A stretch of DNA of 64,000 nucleotides. It comes from Acinetobacter phage Mokit. A model generated the notes under the pieces. That model was not told the origin of the DNA and did no database searches. It was given only the letters and a program-made list of their open reading frames with translations. This document shows positions 30,998-41,136 of this stretch, piece by piece. Positions within the stretch are counted from its first letter, which is position 1, and each line of letters opens with the position of its first letter. Both the position numbers and the translations under genes were made by a program. The stretch lies in sequence record MW388002.1; one strand, written 5' to 3'.

Positions 30998-33079
30998 ATG
31001 TTAGATATGTTAACCGAATCACAATTAAATGAAGCGTTTGAAAGTGAAGATACTTATGACGTTATTGATCTTATGCCAAAGGCAAAAACTCCACAAATGT
31101 TTCTGCTCAAAGGTGAAGGGATCAGCAACTTAGTTGTCCGTTTAATGGGGCAAAAAGAAAATGGCGATACTTTGCGTAATTTATTGCCGACTGACAAAAA
31201 TGTTGTTGCGTTTATTATGACACTCAACGATAAAGGTAACTTAAGCGAACTCAAAGGTGGTCTTGGGGCAAATCCACTTAAATCTCTTGTGAGCATTTTT
31301 GATGCAGTTTATCATGCAATCAATGTGCCGATGGTACAAACAGTTATGTTCAGATTTCCTGCAAAGAAAATGGCAGGACAAGAGAAAAGTGTTCGTCGAA
31401 TTATGGAACGTTTGATTCAAATTCGCGGAAAAAGTAAATTTTCTGTACTTTCAGAATTAGCTAGTTATTCAGCAAAATATTCATATGTAGTAGCATATAA
31501 GAAAAATATCGAATTGACTGATATCCCTGGCGGGAAAATTGATCAAGAACGATTTAAACGTGTGGACACTAAAGTTGGCGAAGTATATGTTGACAACGAG
31601 ACAGGTAAAGAAACTTCTAAGGCTGAAGCTGTAGCTCAAGCAATTTCGACAGCTGTAAGTAAAATTACTACACAATCGGTTATTACTAAATCAAAAATTA
31701 GCCGACGTGAAGCTATGGCTGCAATGTATTCATCTTCACAATTTAAAACTCACGGTAAGGTTGACCCGGATGTTCTAAAATATGACAATACACATTCTGT
31801 TTATGCAGCAACAGGAAATAAAACTGAAATTCAGCAATTGATTAGTAAAGCTGATCTAAGTGAAGTAGGATCTTACTTAAAACAGTATGACCATAGAACA
31901 TGGGATGAAAATTTCACTTCGGCAAAACATATAACACACGTTCGTGATATGATCACGTCTAATATCAAAGAAATGCTTGGACATAGTTCGTCATCGGCTG
32001 AAGGTAAAGTCATTACTGCAAATGTTATTAAAGGCATTGGCAATATTGTTGCAGAATCAAATATCAAAGATTTACAATCAATGATGGTAAAAATTTCTGA
32101 ATTTATCTCTGCAACAGAGTTTGGCGCAATTGATAAACATTCTAGAATCATGTTTGTTAGAGGCATCATCTCTGCTCTTCTTTCAGGTCCTATCGGTAGC
32201 AAAATGCGTGAAGCATATACGTCTAAAACTGCAGAAAGAGATATTATTCGACAGTATTCTAAAGAGCAAATTGATGCCATTGTTGCATATACAGGGTTTA
32301 GCTATTCAGATATGAATGGATTCTTGCTAGGACGCAGTGAATCAGACGGTGAAATGCCTAAAATTGATATGTTAGATTCTGCATTTGCAAATGGTACAAC
32401 ATTAGAAAAGGGCACAATTTTGTATCGTGGGCAACGTGTTGCTATTGGACAGCTTAAATCAATTATGGACAACAAAACGTTGTATTTCCGTAATTTTGTT
32501 TCTACTTCACTTTATCCGGTAATTTATGGTGCCTTTGCAAATGCAACTGCAAACATTGAACCTACTGCACAAGACCAAACTACCTTCACTTCTGCTGATT
32601 TAGTAAAATCTACTGCATTTACGGATTCTCAACGCAATATTATTGCTTCTGGTGATGTTGGTGACACTAGTATGACTGCATCAATTGCGTTGGTAATTAA
32701 AGGTGCTGATAAAATTAATGTCATTGTGCCAGGTGCGGTTTCTTCATATCCTAATGAATGTGAAGTCATTTTGCCTCGTGGGACAATATTAAAAATCAAT
32801 AAGATTGTCGGTGAAACTGCTGATGAATATGTTGACAATACAATACTTATGGAAACAGTAGTAGTTGGACCTGATCAAATTGATGAGAGTGAAGATTTGT
32901 ATGACGGCGATTTATTCTTATCTGAAGGGAAATTAGAAAAGATTTCACCATCATTTGCAAATTTCTATACAAATGATGTAGAACTGAATGAAGCAGTTGT
33001 TCCGAATTCAGTCGAAGCTACAGAAATTTTATTATCGTTAATTAATCTTAAAGGACTTCCTGACAAGTTCTTGGATTAA
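30998..33079 (+). CDS. alt: Alt-like ADP-ribosyltransferase
   Basis: 693 aa (T4 Alt 682 aa). The R…STS…ExE triad is present (ILYRGQR; FVSTSLYP; NECEVILP). Position after gene 54. Confidence 0.85.
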   Translation: MLDMLTESQLNEAFESEDTYDVIDLMPKAKTPQMFLLKGEGISNLVVRLMGQKENGDTLRNLLPTDKNVVAFIMTLNDKGNLSELKGGLGANPLKSLVSIFDAVYHAINVPMVQTVMFRFPAKKMAGQEKSVRRIMERLIQIRGKSKFSVLSELASYSAKYSYVVAYKKNIELTDIPGGKIDQERFKRVDTKVGEVYVDNETGKETSKAEAVAQAISTAVSKITTQSVITKSKISRREAMAAMYSSSQFKTHGKVDPDVLKYDNTHSVYAATGNKTEIQQLISKADLSEVGSYLKQYDHRTWDENFTSAKHITHVRDMITSNIKEMLGHSSSSAEGKVITANVIKGIGNIVAESNIKDLQSMMVKISEFISATEFGAIDKHSRIMFVRGIISALLSGPIGSKMREAYTSKTAERDIIRQYSKEQIDAIVAYTGFSYSDMNGFLLGRSESDGEMPKIDMLDSAFANGTTLEKGTILYRGQRVAIGQLKSIMDNKTLYFRNFVSTSLYPVIYGAFANATANIEPTAQDQTTFTSADLVKSTAFTDSQRNIIASGDVGDTSMTASIALVIKGADKINVIVPGAVSSYPNECEVILPRGTILKINKIVGETADEYVDNTILMETVVVGPDQIDESEDLYDGDLFLSEGKLEKISPSFANFYTNDVELNEAVVPNSVEATEILLSLINLKGLPDKFLD

Positions 33080-33086
33080 AACCGCA

Positions 33087-33115
33087 AAAAGGAGCCATTT
33101 GGCTCCTTTTTTGTT
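33087..33115 (+). terminator. rho-independent terminator after alt (AAAAGGAGCC-ATTT-GGCTCCTTTT)
   Basis: 10-bp stem plus a T-run. Confidence 0.8.
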
Positions 33116-33308
33116 ATAATGTACGTGCAATTCTATTGACTTCAATACCATTAACGTTTTCATGCTCTATCAAGTTTTCGAGAAACCTGTCACGAGCGAA
33201 AGTACTATCAAATTCAAGTATAACTGCAGATGAAGATACTCCAACACCATTGGCTTGAGTTCTTTTGCTATGGATTTCTAAAAGGACTTTGTACATGTTA
33301 TGCCTCAA
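33114..33308 (-). CDS. hypothetical protein
   Basis: 64-aa ORF that overlaps the ligase stop. Confidence 0.35.
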   Translation of the reverse strand: MRHNMYKVLLEIHSKRTQANGVGVSSSAVILEFDSTFARDRFLENLIEHENVNGIEVNRIARTL

Positions 33309-34791
33309 TTACATTTAACGCTTCAGGGAATAAATTAGCCAATGAATTTGTCTCGTTTTTGTCATGACGTAGACGTTCGATTACTGGCAGGAATAATGAA
33401 ACATATTCGGTACGTCCTTCAGCGGCAATCCAACCATTACATTTGATTTCGACGACTGTACCAATAAGTTCATCTTGTGTTAACCAAAGTTTAGAACGAT
33501 TTAGTTCATCTAACTCTTCAAATGGAATAGGAACCCATTCACCTTTAACTTTAACTGCATTTGTATCGGTGAATCCAGAACCACATTTGACTCGAATTAA
33601 ATTATCGTCTGAACGTAAGAATACTGCACCAAGTTTTGTTGGATCTTTACTATGTTCTTGAACTGCAACAATACGTAAATCCACCATGATTTCTTCTTTA
33701 AATTTAACTTGGTTTTTAGAACGTTTATTTTCCCAAAGGCCATCGGTATTTTTAAGAATAATACCTTCGAGTCCTTGTTCAACATATTTTTTGTAGATTG
33801 CTCGAGCTTCATCAAGATTGTTAACTACAGTAGATTCAATTACTAATACACGATCAGAATGTTTGAATAATGCTTGTAGTTGTTCAAAACGGTTTTCATA
33901 TCGAAGACTAGTTTTGCCGTCATAAATCACATCAAGTGGAACTAAATCCCAGACTTGGAAACTCATTGCATTAGCTTCTTGAGCTGAAATTGTACCTTTA
34001 AGTGATTTATTTGCTAGCCCATTTGATTCAGAACGAAGTACTACATTTTTTTGATCGGCTTTATGAGATTCATCAATTTCAATTGGTGCAGAAAACATTT
34101 CATCGACCGAAACTTTATTTTTTACAGGACGACTAACTGCAACTAATTCGCCGTCTACCATACAGGGACCATTTGCTGCACGATATTCACGTGTTGCTGC
34201 AATTAATTCTCGAGCTAAATTATCAAGACCTTGATATTCGTTACCTGCACGACTCAAGAATTTTACATCTGCAATTGATTCACCACGAATTTCAGCAAAG
34301 CATCGAGCACCATCAGCTTTAAGTTGAGCTAATGCAGGGAATTTGATAAAGCTTAATGCTTTTTCACTCATTGAAGAAGCAAGCATTTGTGGTTGAGATG
34401 GAATTAAACCTTTCCAAACTTTATTAGCTAGAGTTGCTGATGCTCCGCATTCAAGATCACGTTTAATAACTCGACGAATAACTTCCGAATCCCATGGTTG
34501 AAGTGCAGATAATTTCTGCGATAATGCTTGAATTGCAGTATTACCAGTAAAAACTCGTGTAGCTAAATCACGTTCAAGGAATTCAAGAACAGATTCAATT
34601 TCAACATTTACAAGTTTTGTGGCATCATCGAATTCAGGGATTTTTTTAATGCCATATTGAAGGCGTGGATGGTATGCCATACGATACACAGTTTTGAGTG
34701 TTTCATTTTCAGCATTTGCTTTTAGTATTGCCAGCTTTTCGTTTGTAGAATCAGTTGCAGCAATTGAATTTAAAATGTCTAAAATATTCAT
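33298..34791 (-). CDS. 30: ATP-dependent DNA ligase gp30
   Basis: 497 aa. The adenylation motif KADGARC is present (T4 K159 motif KADGAR). Confidence 0.9.
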   Translation of the reverse strand: MNILDILNSIAATDSTNEKLAILKANAENETLKTVYRMAYHPRLQYGIKKIPEFDDATKLVNVEIESVLEFLERDLATRVFTGNTAIQALSQKLSALQPWDSEVIRRVIKRDLECGASATLANKVWKGLIPSQPQMLASSMSEKALSFIKFPALAQLKADGARCFAEIRGESIADVKFLSRAGNEYQGLDNLARELIAATREYRAANGPCMVDGELVAVSRPVKNKVSVDEMFSAPIEIDESHKADQKNVVLRSESNGLANKSLKGTISAQEANAMSFQVWDLVPLDVIYDGKTSLRYENRFEQLQALFKHSDRVLVIESTVVNNLDEARAIYKKYVEQGLEGIILKNTDGLWENKRSKNQVKFKEEIMVDLRIVAVQEHSKDPTKLGAVFLRSDDNLIRVKCGSGFTDTNAVKVKGEWVPIPFEELDELNRSKLWLTQDELIGTVVEIKCNGWIAAEGRTEYVSLFLPVIERLRHDKNETNSLANLFPEALNVIEA

Positions 34792-34820
34792 ACTATACTC
34801 CAGTTTATGAGTCTATTATA

Positions 34821-35483
34821 TCATACTTCGTCGATAATGTTAACATAAGATGGCAATAATTTTGCTAAATAATGTAACCGAACTTCATTTAGATCCTTAG
34901 CAACAAAATGCGGTACATTTACTACTGGGCGAGGACCACGTTGAATATAATATCGTGGAATATCCGGCAATACGCGTGCGGCAGATTCAATATTCGATCC
35001 TAAATCGTCAATAAACATTACAATATTTTGGTGTTTCTGTCTTACTCGCTCTAGTACTTTATCTTTACTTTCACCAAAATCACATACAAAAATGTCTTTG
35101 AATGCGCCAGGAAATAATGCGTTAAGGTTGAATAATCTATTCATTACAGTTTCTTTATCTGTACCTAAAGCAGTAACTGCTACAAAATCCCAGTGTTCTT
35201 TCATCGTATTGATCATTTCAAGCGCATCATCATATGGTGCAAGATATTTAATAAAGTTTGATTTATTATAGTCTTCAACAAATGTTTTTGCAATAGAAGG
35301 ATCACAGCCAAATAATTGTGATGGCGACATGAATTCTTCAGTTAAAATACATTCAAGAGCTTTTTCTGTTGGTATCGCATGTTTTGCCATGAAGTAAGGT
35401 AGCCCAGATTGCCATTTAACACATACACCATCAACATCGATTGCAACTACAGGGCGTGCGCCATCATTACGAGCAAATTTCAT
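34821..35483 (-). CDS. HAD-superfamily hydrolase (DxDGV phosphatase-like)
   Basis: Motif I VVAIDVDGV; motif II (VAVTALG, Thr); motif III (…ESKDK, Lys); motif IV (MFIDDLGSN, acidic). Confidence 0.6.
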   Translation of the reverse strand: MKFARNDGARPVVAIDVDGVCVKWQSGLPYFMAKHAIPTEKALECILTEEFMSPSQLFGCDPSIAKTFVEDYNKSNFIKYLAPYDDALEMINTMKEHWDFVAVTALGTDKETVMNRLFNLNALFPGAFKDIFVCDFGESKDKVLERVRQKHQNIVMFIDDLGSNIESAARVLPDIPRYYIQRGPRPVVNVPHFVAKDLNEVRLHYLAKLLPSYVNIIDEV

Positions 35484-35496
35484 TTCATTTTCCTTA

Positions 35497-35988
35497 TTAG
35501 GTTAAAGGGTTATAGCCGTATTTTAATTCCAGATAACGAGAATATTTAGTGCGAATTCTATCAAGGTTTCCAATAAATTCTTGTTCAGTAAGAATAGTAT
35601 CAAATGGATCGGATTTGCCTATGCTATGAATTAATTTTTTACCAAGAGTTTCATATAATGCCTTTTGGTATTTTTCATTTTGCACAAAGCAATTCATATA
35701 CATGCGATGCAACAATTCTTGGTAAAATTCTGAATGTCTATCAAATGGGCGGCCTTGCCAATAAAGTGTTTGGTTTTTGATAGGGCGAATAGCACCTGAC
35801 TTTTTAGCTTTGACGCCATCTAATGCAAAAATTTCTTTCTGGATTTCTGGATTCTTTTCTCGAAGCCCTTGTAAAAAGCCTTCAGTGGAGCCAAAGAAGA
35901 TCTTATCCATTATGAATGGATTTTTAGTTAAATTGCTTAGCTGACCGGCTGGTCCTGCATGCCTAAAATATATGTCTATTACATCCAT
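35497..35988 (-). CDS. NADAR (YbiA/DUF1768)-like domain protein
   Basis: IDIYFRHAGPAGQLSNLTKNPF…FGSTEGFLQ…K parallels E. coli YbiA (INFYSTSDDYGDFSNFAAWPI…WPTSEHYFQAQK). The later F.QN…L.TG.KL.H block is also present. Confidence 0.55.
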   Translation of the reverse strand: MDVIDIYFRHAGPAGQLSNLTKNPFIMDKIFFGSTEGFLQGLREKNPEIQKEIFALDGVKAKKSGAIRPIKNQTLYWQGRPFDRHSEFYQELLHRMYMNCFVQNEKYQKALYETLGKKLIHSIGKSDPFDTILTEQEFIGNLDRIRTKYSRYLELKYGYNPLT

Positions 35989-36081
35989 ACCATGTGCCTA
36001 AGTATTAATGATATATGAATATTATACCACAAATTTGACAAGATGTAAACAGCAAAATGGGCTCAATTGAGCCCATTTATT

Positions 36082-36450
36082 TTAATACGGTACAAAATAT
36101 GATTCGGAACTCGGAATTTTAATATCGTGAGCCCAACTCATTTGTTTGTTAGCTTTTGCTGCAATGGCATCTTTGTACCATTTAGCAAAATTATCATATC
36201 CTTTTACAGTAATAGAGGAATTGTTACTTTTTTCATAGCCATCAGATTCAAGGTTGCGTTTAAATCTAGCTAACTGCGCTGCAGTAAACCACTCGTCTCT
36301 ATGCTGGACACGTGTAATACCATCCTTTCCTACACGTGTTATTAACACATAAAATTTTTTGTCTATGCTTTCTGTCAAAGGAAAGTTTACTTCTCTTGCA
36401 AATTGAGAAAATGCTTTCATTTTATAGATCCATATGAATTTTATTATCAA
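36082..36450 (-). CDS. hypothetical protein (likely starts at MKAFSQ, 36420)
   Basis: An ATG at 36418-36420 abuts the upstream stop codon. Confidence 0.5.
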   Translation of the reverse strand: MIIKFIWIYKMKAFSQFAREVNFPLTESIDKKFYVLITRVGKDGITRVQHRDEWFTAAQLARFKRNLESDGYEKSNNSSITVKGYDNFAKWYKDAIAAKANKQMSWAHDIKIPSSESYFVPY

Positions 36451-36661
36451 TTTCTTGAAGTTTGGCTAACATATGAGACACCATTACGCCAATTTCAGTG
36501 TATACACGTTTTTCATTAGGTGTTTTTACGGTTTTTTGTTCTGCGCTTACATCTCGCAAAAATAATTCAATTTGTTTACGAAGATTTGTGCTTTTTGCGG
36601 TAAGAGCCGTTGCTTCATCAAGTTGGGTAGATTCCGATAATACTTGTTTAAAAGATTTCAT
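36422..36661 (-). CDS. hypothetical protein
   Basis: 79-aa ORF in a tightly packed leftward operon. Confidence 0.5.
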   Translation of the reverse strand: MKSFKQVLSESTQLDEATALTAKSTNLRKQIELFLRDVSAEQKTVKTPNEKRVYTEIGVMVSHMLAKLQEIDNKIHMDL

Positions 36662-36662
36662 T

Positions 36663-36983
36663 TTAATTTCCTATAAATTTAGTGCTTTGTAGAGGAATAT
36701 GGATCGAGTTCCAGAGATTTCTGTACATTTCGACGGATTCAATATGATATTCATTTTCTTCACTTTCTATGTGTGAATACTGAAAAATTCTATCGGTATT
36801 TTGCAAAACACAACTTCCTATAAGTTCTGTTCCGTCATATTTGAGAGCAGTTTGACCAAGCGCACGATTTGAATTAATTTTAACAAAATTTAAATCTTTG
36901 GCGCCTAATGGTCTTGGAGTATATAACTCGTGAGGATAACCAGCATCGCGAGCATCTTCATATATTGAGCTAAATAATTTCAT
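36663..36983 (-). CDS. hypothetical protein
   Basis: 106-aa ORF. Confidence 0.5.
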   Translation of the reverse strand: MKLFSSIYEDARDAGYPHELYTPRPLGAKDLNFVKINSNRALGQTALKYDGTELIGSCVLQNTDRIFQYSHIESEENEYHIESVEMYRNLWNSIHIPLQSTKFIGN

Positions 36984-37222
36984 TTAAGTGTTACCACTAA
37001 ACGACGAACTTCTTTATTTGCACGAGAACACAAAGGCTTTGCAAATTTAACTGCATCAATAGATTCAATCGAGTCAAATAACCGTTTTTGTGCCGGATTT
37101 AAATGTTTAAATCGATCTAAAATTACTTTGGCTGCACCTAAAATGTCAAGCTCAGTGCCATAATTTTCATGACCTCTATTCCAAGCTTCGCGTTGTATTG
37201 CTAAGATATTTTGAATGTCCAT
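36980..37222 (-). CDS. hypothetical protein
   Basis: 80-aa ORF; ATGA overlap with the downstream gene. Confidence 0.5.
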   Translation of the reverse strand: MDIQNILAIQREAWNRGHENYGTELDILGAAKVILDRFKHLNPAQKRLFDSIESIDAVKFAKPLCSRANKEVRRLVVTLK

Positions 37223-37303
37223 TCTATTTCTCGTTTATAAGTTGTAGTATGAAAATATTTATAAACGAGACAAGGCGCCGAAGCGCCTTAATTACTACTG
37301 TTA

Positions 37304-37630
37304 TTATTTGTATACACAAGCAATATTTGAAAAATGCGTAGTGATAAATTTATCATCTCGATCTTTAGCTTCACAAATACCTGCAACTACATCCGGATGA
37401 GGAACATTTAATTTTTCACCTAGCGGGAATGGAGTTTTGTCACCAATTTCAAATAATCCAAATGGAACTGTAGGTCCAATAGCAAAGATTTCACACATAT
37501 TAGGGATTTCACTTTCCTTTCTAGGAGGCAATAGGAACCCAGATGCAGTTTTTTCTGGAGCACCAGCAGATTTTGCAACAGCTTTAAGAATTACATGTGA
37601 ACCTAATGCAACGATTTTATGTTGAGACAT
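37304..37630 (-). CDS. 31: co-chaperonin gp31 (GroES-like, for gp23 folding)
   Basis: 108 aa (T4 111 aa). The C-terminus KFITTHFSNIACVYK matches T4 KFVTCHYKAIPCLYK. Confidence 0.8.
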   Translation of the reverse strand: MSQHKIVALGSHVILKAVAKSAGAPEKTASGFLLPPRKESEIPNMCEIFAIGPTVPFGLFEIGDKTPFPLGEKLNVPHPDVVAGICEAKDRDDKFITTHFSNIACVYK

Positions 37631-37632
37631 TT

Positions 37633-38007
37633 TTATTCCTCTTCAAGATTAATTTGAGCATGCTTTAATAATGTATTGATATTTATACCATCAATACCAA
37701 TTACATTATCAAGAGAGAACGAACGCCAATCATTTAATTCAATGTCGTAGACCGGCAAAGATGTTTTTACACTTTCGTCAATAACTCGAACAGAAGTTTC
37801 ATCAAATGCATCACCGAGTTTTTGAGCTAGCACTCCTGGATCAAGAGTACCTTGAATAACTCTGATGTCACCATTTTTCTTTTGAAAAACGATTTGATGT
37901 GTTCCACTATGTAATACTGTTGCAATATGAGAGTGAAGTTTTCTATACCCAAGTTGGGTCAAATTTAAACTCATTGTAAACCTCCATAATTTACGATATT
38001 TGTCCAA
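37633..38007 (-). CDS. hypothetical small phage protein (F.KK.GD.RV…GTL motif; DUF2693/SH3-fold-like?)
   Basis: HQIVFQKKNGDIRVIQGTLD resembles a widespread small phage protein family. The ORF probably starts at the internal MSLNL. Confidence 0.4.
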   Translation of the reverse strand: MDKYRKLWRFTMSLNLTQLGYRKLHSHIATVLHSGTHQIVFQKKNGDIRVIQGTLDPGVLAQKLGDAFDETSVRVIDESVKTSLPVYDIELNDWRSFSLDNVIGIDGININTLLKHAQINLEEE

Positions 38008-38522
38008 TCAAGATTCTTTAACGCTTGCTTGTTGATTTGAAAGACTTTAATTCCTGCAGCTTCGAGTATTTTTTCCCAACCTTCGATGTTGCGATCATAT
38101 GTCTCTGAGTAGACCAGTTGTTTAATGCCACTGTTGGCAATAGCTTTTGCGCAATCAGGACACGGGCTAAGAGTGACGTACATTGTCGCACCGTCAATTG
38201 ACGTTCCATTTTTTGCTGCGTATAAGATTGCATTAAGTTCTGCATGAATCTCATTAATTGCAGACCAGGTGCTGTGCGAGACACGACATTCACTTTTAAG
38301 TAAGACTGTGTTGTTGTGTGGAGGGACCGGATTGTATCGGTTAGTTGTCCATCCTTCTTGTTCGGCATGATCACAGCAATTTACTCCTCCGGCAGGTGAG
38401 CCGTTATATCCAGTTGAAATAATACGTCCATTTTTGGCAATAACTGCACCAACTTTCCAAGATACACATTTAGATTCTTGTGAAACTAAATAAGCGATTT
38501 GCATAAACGTAGTAGCTTTCAT
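37971..38522 (-). CDS. cd: dCMP deaminase
   Basis: HAELNAI (HAE) and SPCPDCAKAI (PCxxC) zinc-binding motifs; position between genes 31 and pseT as in T4. Confidence 0.85.
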   Translation of the reverse strand: MKATTFMQIAYLVSQESKCVSWKVGAVIAKNGRIISTGYNGSPAGGVNCCDHAEQEGWTTNRYNPVPPHNNTVLLKSECRVSHSTWSAINEIHAELNAILYAAKNGTSIDGATMYVTLSPCPDCAKAIANSGIKQLVYSETYDRNIEGWEKILEAAGIKVFQINKQALKNLDWTNIVNYGGLQ

Positions 38523-38573
38523 ATCATTACCTCGAGTATAAGGTTATTATATTTCAAATATCCCTATAGCAGT

Positions 38574-38888
38574 TTAGCCTAAACAAATGTATCGAGTATT
38601 GCGAGTTTGTACTACGCTAAATTCGCCATCAATACTATCAATTGATTTTACTAATGAAGTTCGAACTACATCGCCAGGTGCAAATCGTTCATCGCGATCA
38701 AAAAAGATTCGTCCACCGAAAGAAAAACCTGGTGTCACAAATAAAAATGCATTACAATTATGTTCTTGCATATATTTTTTACATCGCCCGTCTTCTTCAA
38801 GCAACACTTCAATTTTGCTTGCCTCTTCCTTTGGCATAATAGCGTTATGCATAACATGAATGTCTTTGATTTTTTGATAAAGGTTCAT
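38574..38888 (-). CDS. hypothetical protein
   Basis: 104-aa ORF. Confidence 0.45.
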   Translation of the reverse strand: MNLYQKIKDIHVMHNAIMPKEEASKIEVLLEEDGRCKKYMQEHNCNAFLFVTPGFSFGGRIFFDRDERFAPGDVVRTSLVKSIDSIDGEFSVVQTRNTRYICLG

Positions 38889-39448
38889 TGTATTTCCTCG
38901 ACATGGTGTACGTAATATTGACCAGCAGAAGCTTTAAGAAATTTCTTGATTGCTTCAACTGCTGAAGTTGCATAAAATTCATCTTGTGGTGGATATTTTA
39001 GCTTAGTGTCATGAGTATACCAAATTTGATATTTTTTAATATACCCAAAATGAATTAAAGCATCGCGATTATATTTACCAAATGTGCCTTCCATTAGCTT
39101 ATCAGCAGTAACCCATTCTACTAAACCTGTTTCAGATTCAGCTAAAGGCTGGTAAGGTTCTTTCATGCTTGATGGAATTGCATGAAATGTGCTAACTTCG
39201 AAATCGCCATCAATTGCAACATATGGATCACTTAAGTCAAGAACTGTAGGCCAGATGCCAGTCTCTTCAAGGCATTCACGTTTTGCACCTTCAACAATTG
39301 TTTCGCCTAAGTCGATTTTGCCGCCAGGCAGTCCAAAATCAGTTAGGTCATCCTTGCGACTAACCGCAAGGAATTTTCCATTATTTTCAATAAGTATACA
39401 TGCGGCATAACGCATATCAAAACTCCCCGAATTGCACTTGAGCTGCAT
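38885..39448 (-). CDS. Nudix hydrolase
   Basis: Canonical Nudix box GGKIDLGETIVEGAKRECLEETGI (Gx5Ex7REUxEExGU). Confidence 0.8.
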   Translation of the reverse strand: MQLKCNSGSFDMRYAACILIENNGKFLAVSRKDDLTDFGLPGGKIDLGETIVEGAKRECLEETGIWPTVLDLSDPYVAIDGDFEVSTFHAIPSSMKEPYQPLAESETGLVEWVTADKLMEGTFGKYNRDALIHFGYIKKYQIWYTHDTKLKYPPQDEFYATSAVEAIKKFLKASAGQYYVHHVEEIQ

Positions 39449-40349
39449 TTACACCAATTCGTCGCCAAAGTTCAATGACGCGATCGCGGTCGTCAAAAGC
39501 GCATTCAACATTATAGTTGTCCGCAATATGAGTCCAGAAGATTTCTTCCTTAGTAATATCATCTTTGCGACGATCATCGTGAGCTCGCATGTACAAGTTG
39601 TCCCATGGGATTGCATTATACGACAACCAATCTGCAGTCATGTTATAGTACTTTAGATTATCATCTTTGGTACCAGCATTACGCCCAGATACACAGAGAA
39701 TTTTATAGCCGTTTTGTTTGTACATTTTAAGAATATTAACCACGAATTCTACTGGAGTATCTTTATCGAGTTTCCAGTATGCAAATGCATCACGATGATC
39801 ATTATTGGCTAATGTGCCATCAAGATCAAAAATGACCGCCTTTGGTAATTCAGGATTTGGCACATATTGGCGATGCTTTCCTAAGTACTTTTGCATTCGT
39901 AAATACATGTCACGAAGTACTGGTTTTGGAACTGCTTTGATCCCACGAGTCAAGTTACGTTTTTCGAGTTCTACCCATGATTCATCAAATGGTTTTTCTT
40001 CATATGTAATTTTGCCATCATGGTGCTCTTGTTCTTTAATCAAGAAATTATAGATTGTCTTGCGTGTTGATTCATTTAGGTTTGTATCTGCGATAATAAT
40101 GCGATCTGTAACTTTGTCTGCTAACGCAAGTTTTAAAGTGTGCATTAAGGATTGAGTTACTAGTGCTTCATTTTCACGTGAGTATTTGTATTTACCACCA
40201 AATAATAGTGCTCGCATATCATCACGCGTTAATGTGATAGTTTTATTACCCTTTCGAGACTTTTCAACTTGTTCTAAGGCCCAAGTTGATTTGCCAGAAC
40301 CAGGCGCGCCTACAGTTAAAATTACTTTCTTGTCCATTATCGGCTCCAT
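39417..40349 (-). CDS. pseT: polynucleotide 5'-kinase/3'-phosphatase (Pnk/PseT)
   Basis: Kinase P-loop GAPGSGKST (T4 GCPGSGKST) and phosphatase motif VIFDLDGTLA (DxDGT); 310 aa. Confidence 0.9.
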   Translation of the reverse strand: MEPIMDKKVILTVGAPGSGKSTWALEQVEKSRKGNKTITLTRDDMRALLFGGKYKYSRENEALVTQSLMHTLKLALADKVTDRIIIADTNLNESTRKTIYNFLIKEQEHHDGKITYEEKPFDESWVELEKRNLTRGIKAVPKPVLRDMYLRMQKYLGKHRQYVPNPELPKAVIFDLDGTLANNDHRDAFAYWKLDKDTPVEFVVNILKMYKQNGYKILCVSGRNAGTKDDNLKYYNMTADWLSYNAIPWDNLYMRAHDDRRKDDITKEEIFWTHIADNYNVECAFDDRDRVIELWRRIGVNAAQVQFGEF

Positions 40350-40651
40350 TCAATGTGTAAAAGGGCTTGAGTTATGTATGCATCATATCCGATTTCACGA
40401 AGTGCGGCAATTACTGAATTTTGCACTTCATTTGGGGTCAGAGTTGAGCGATGAAGCTCGATGATATTTCGTGCAATAATTATTGCATTGACTCGTACAT
40501 GCCATTCGCCTTTTTCAGTGCGATGAGTAATCGACTTATCAATTTCTTCAAGTACAAGTTTAGTCAATTTAGTTAGCTCTAGTTTAATAGAGGTTTGTGC
40601 TTCTTTTGTTAGTTTAGCACGTTCTTCTGCAGTAATCATTACACCCACCAT
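40337..40651 (-). CDS. hypothetical protein
   Basis: 104-aa ORF. Confidence 0.45.
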   Translation of the reverse strand: MVGVMITAEERAKLTKEAQTSIKLELTKLTKLVLEEIDKSITHRTEKGEWHVRVNAIIIARNIIELHRSTLTPNEVQNSVIAALREIGYDAYITQALLHIEWSR

Positions 40652-40959
40652 ATTTTAAGTTGTTTGTATTCATCATCGACTGCAATTTTGAAGCCATTAT
40701 TAGAAAACATGTTAATCAATAAACGACGCCTAAAGTCACAGATTTCCTGTTCAGTTTGTGTAAATGTAACTAAAGTCTCTACATCACCAAACATGTACAT
40801 TGGTAATTCAGATTGCCGTAGAATTAAATATGAACGCCCGTTGTACGCTGCTGCGTCACATAACTTATACAGTACAGAATAATCTTCACTTACAACTGAA
40901 TGATTGTTCACAGGATTCCAAAATCCTTGATATGTACGTAGTACTTGATTTACTTTCAT
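40639..40959 (-). CDS. hypothetical protein
   Basis: 106-aa ORF. Confidence 0.45.
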   Translation of the reverse strand: MKVNQVLRTYQGFWNPVNNHSVVSEDYSVLYKLCDAAAYNGRSYLILRQSELPMYMFGDVETLVTFTQTEQEICDFRRRLLINMFSNNGFKIAVDDEYKQLKIWWV

Positions 40960-41136
40960 GATTTTCTCACACAGGTATAAGTGGCTTTAGATACAAATTT
41001 CTTTGTATGTTCATCTTTAAATTGTTCGCCTGCTATTTGGCAAATCTGTTGGCTCTTGAATCCATCAATAGTAAGAGTAGTCTTATCATCAGTGAACCAA
41101 CCAAATGTAGTAATAGTCAAAAGTAATACATACATG

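Noticed and set aside
38018-38374. 118-aa ORF overlapping cd in another frame.
   Set aside because: It is embedded in the dCMP deaminase gene, whose HAE/PCxxC motifs are in the other frame.
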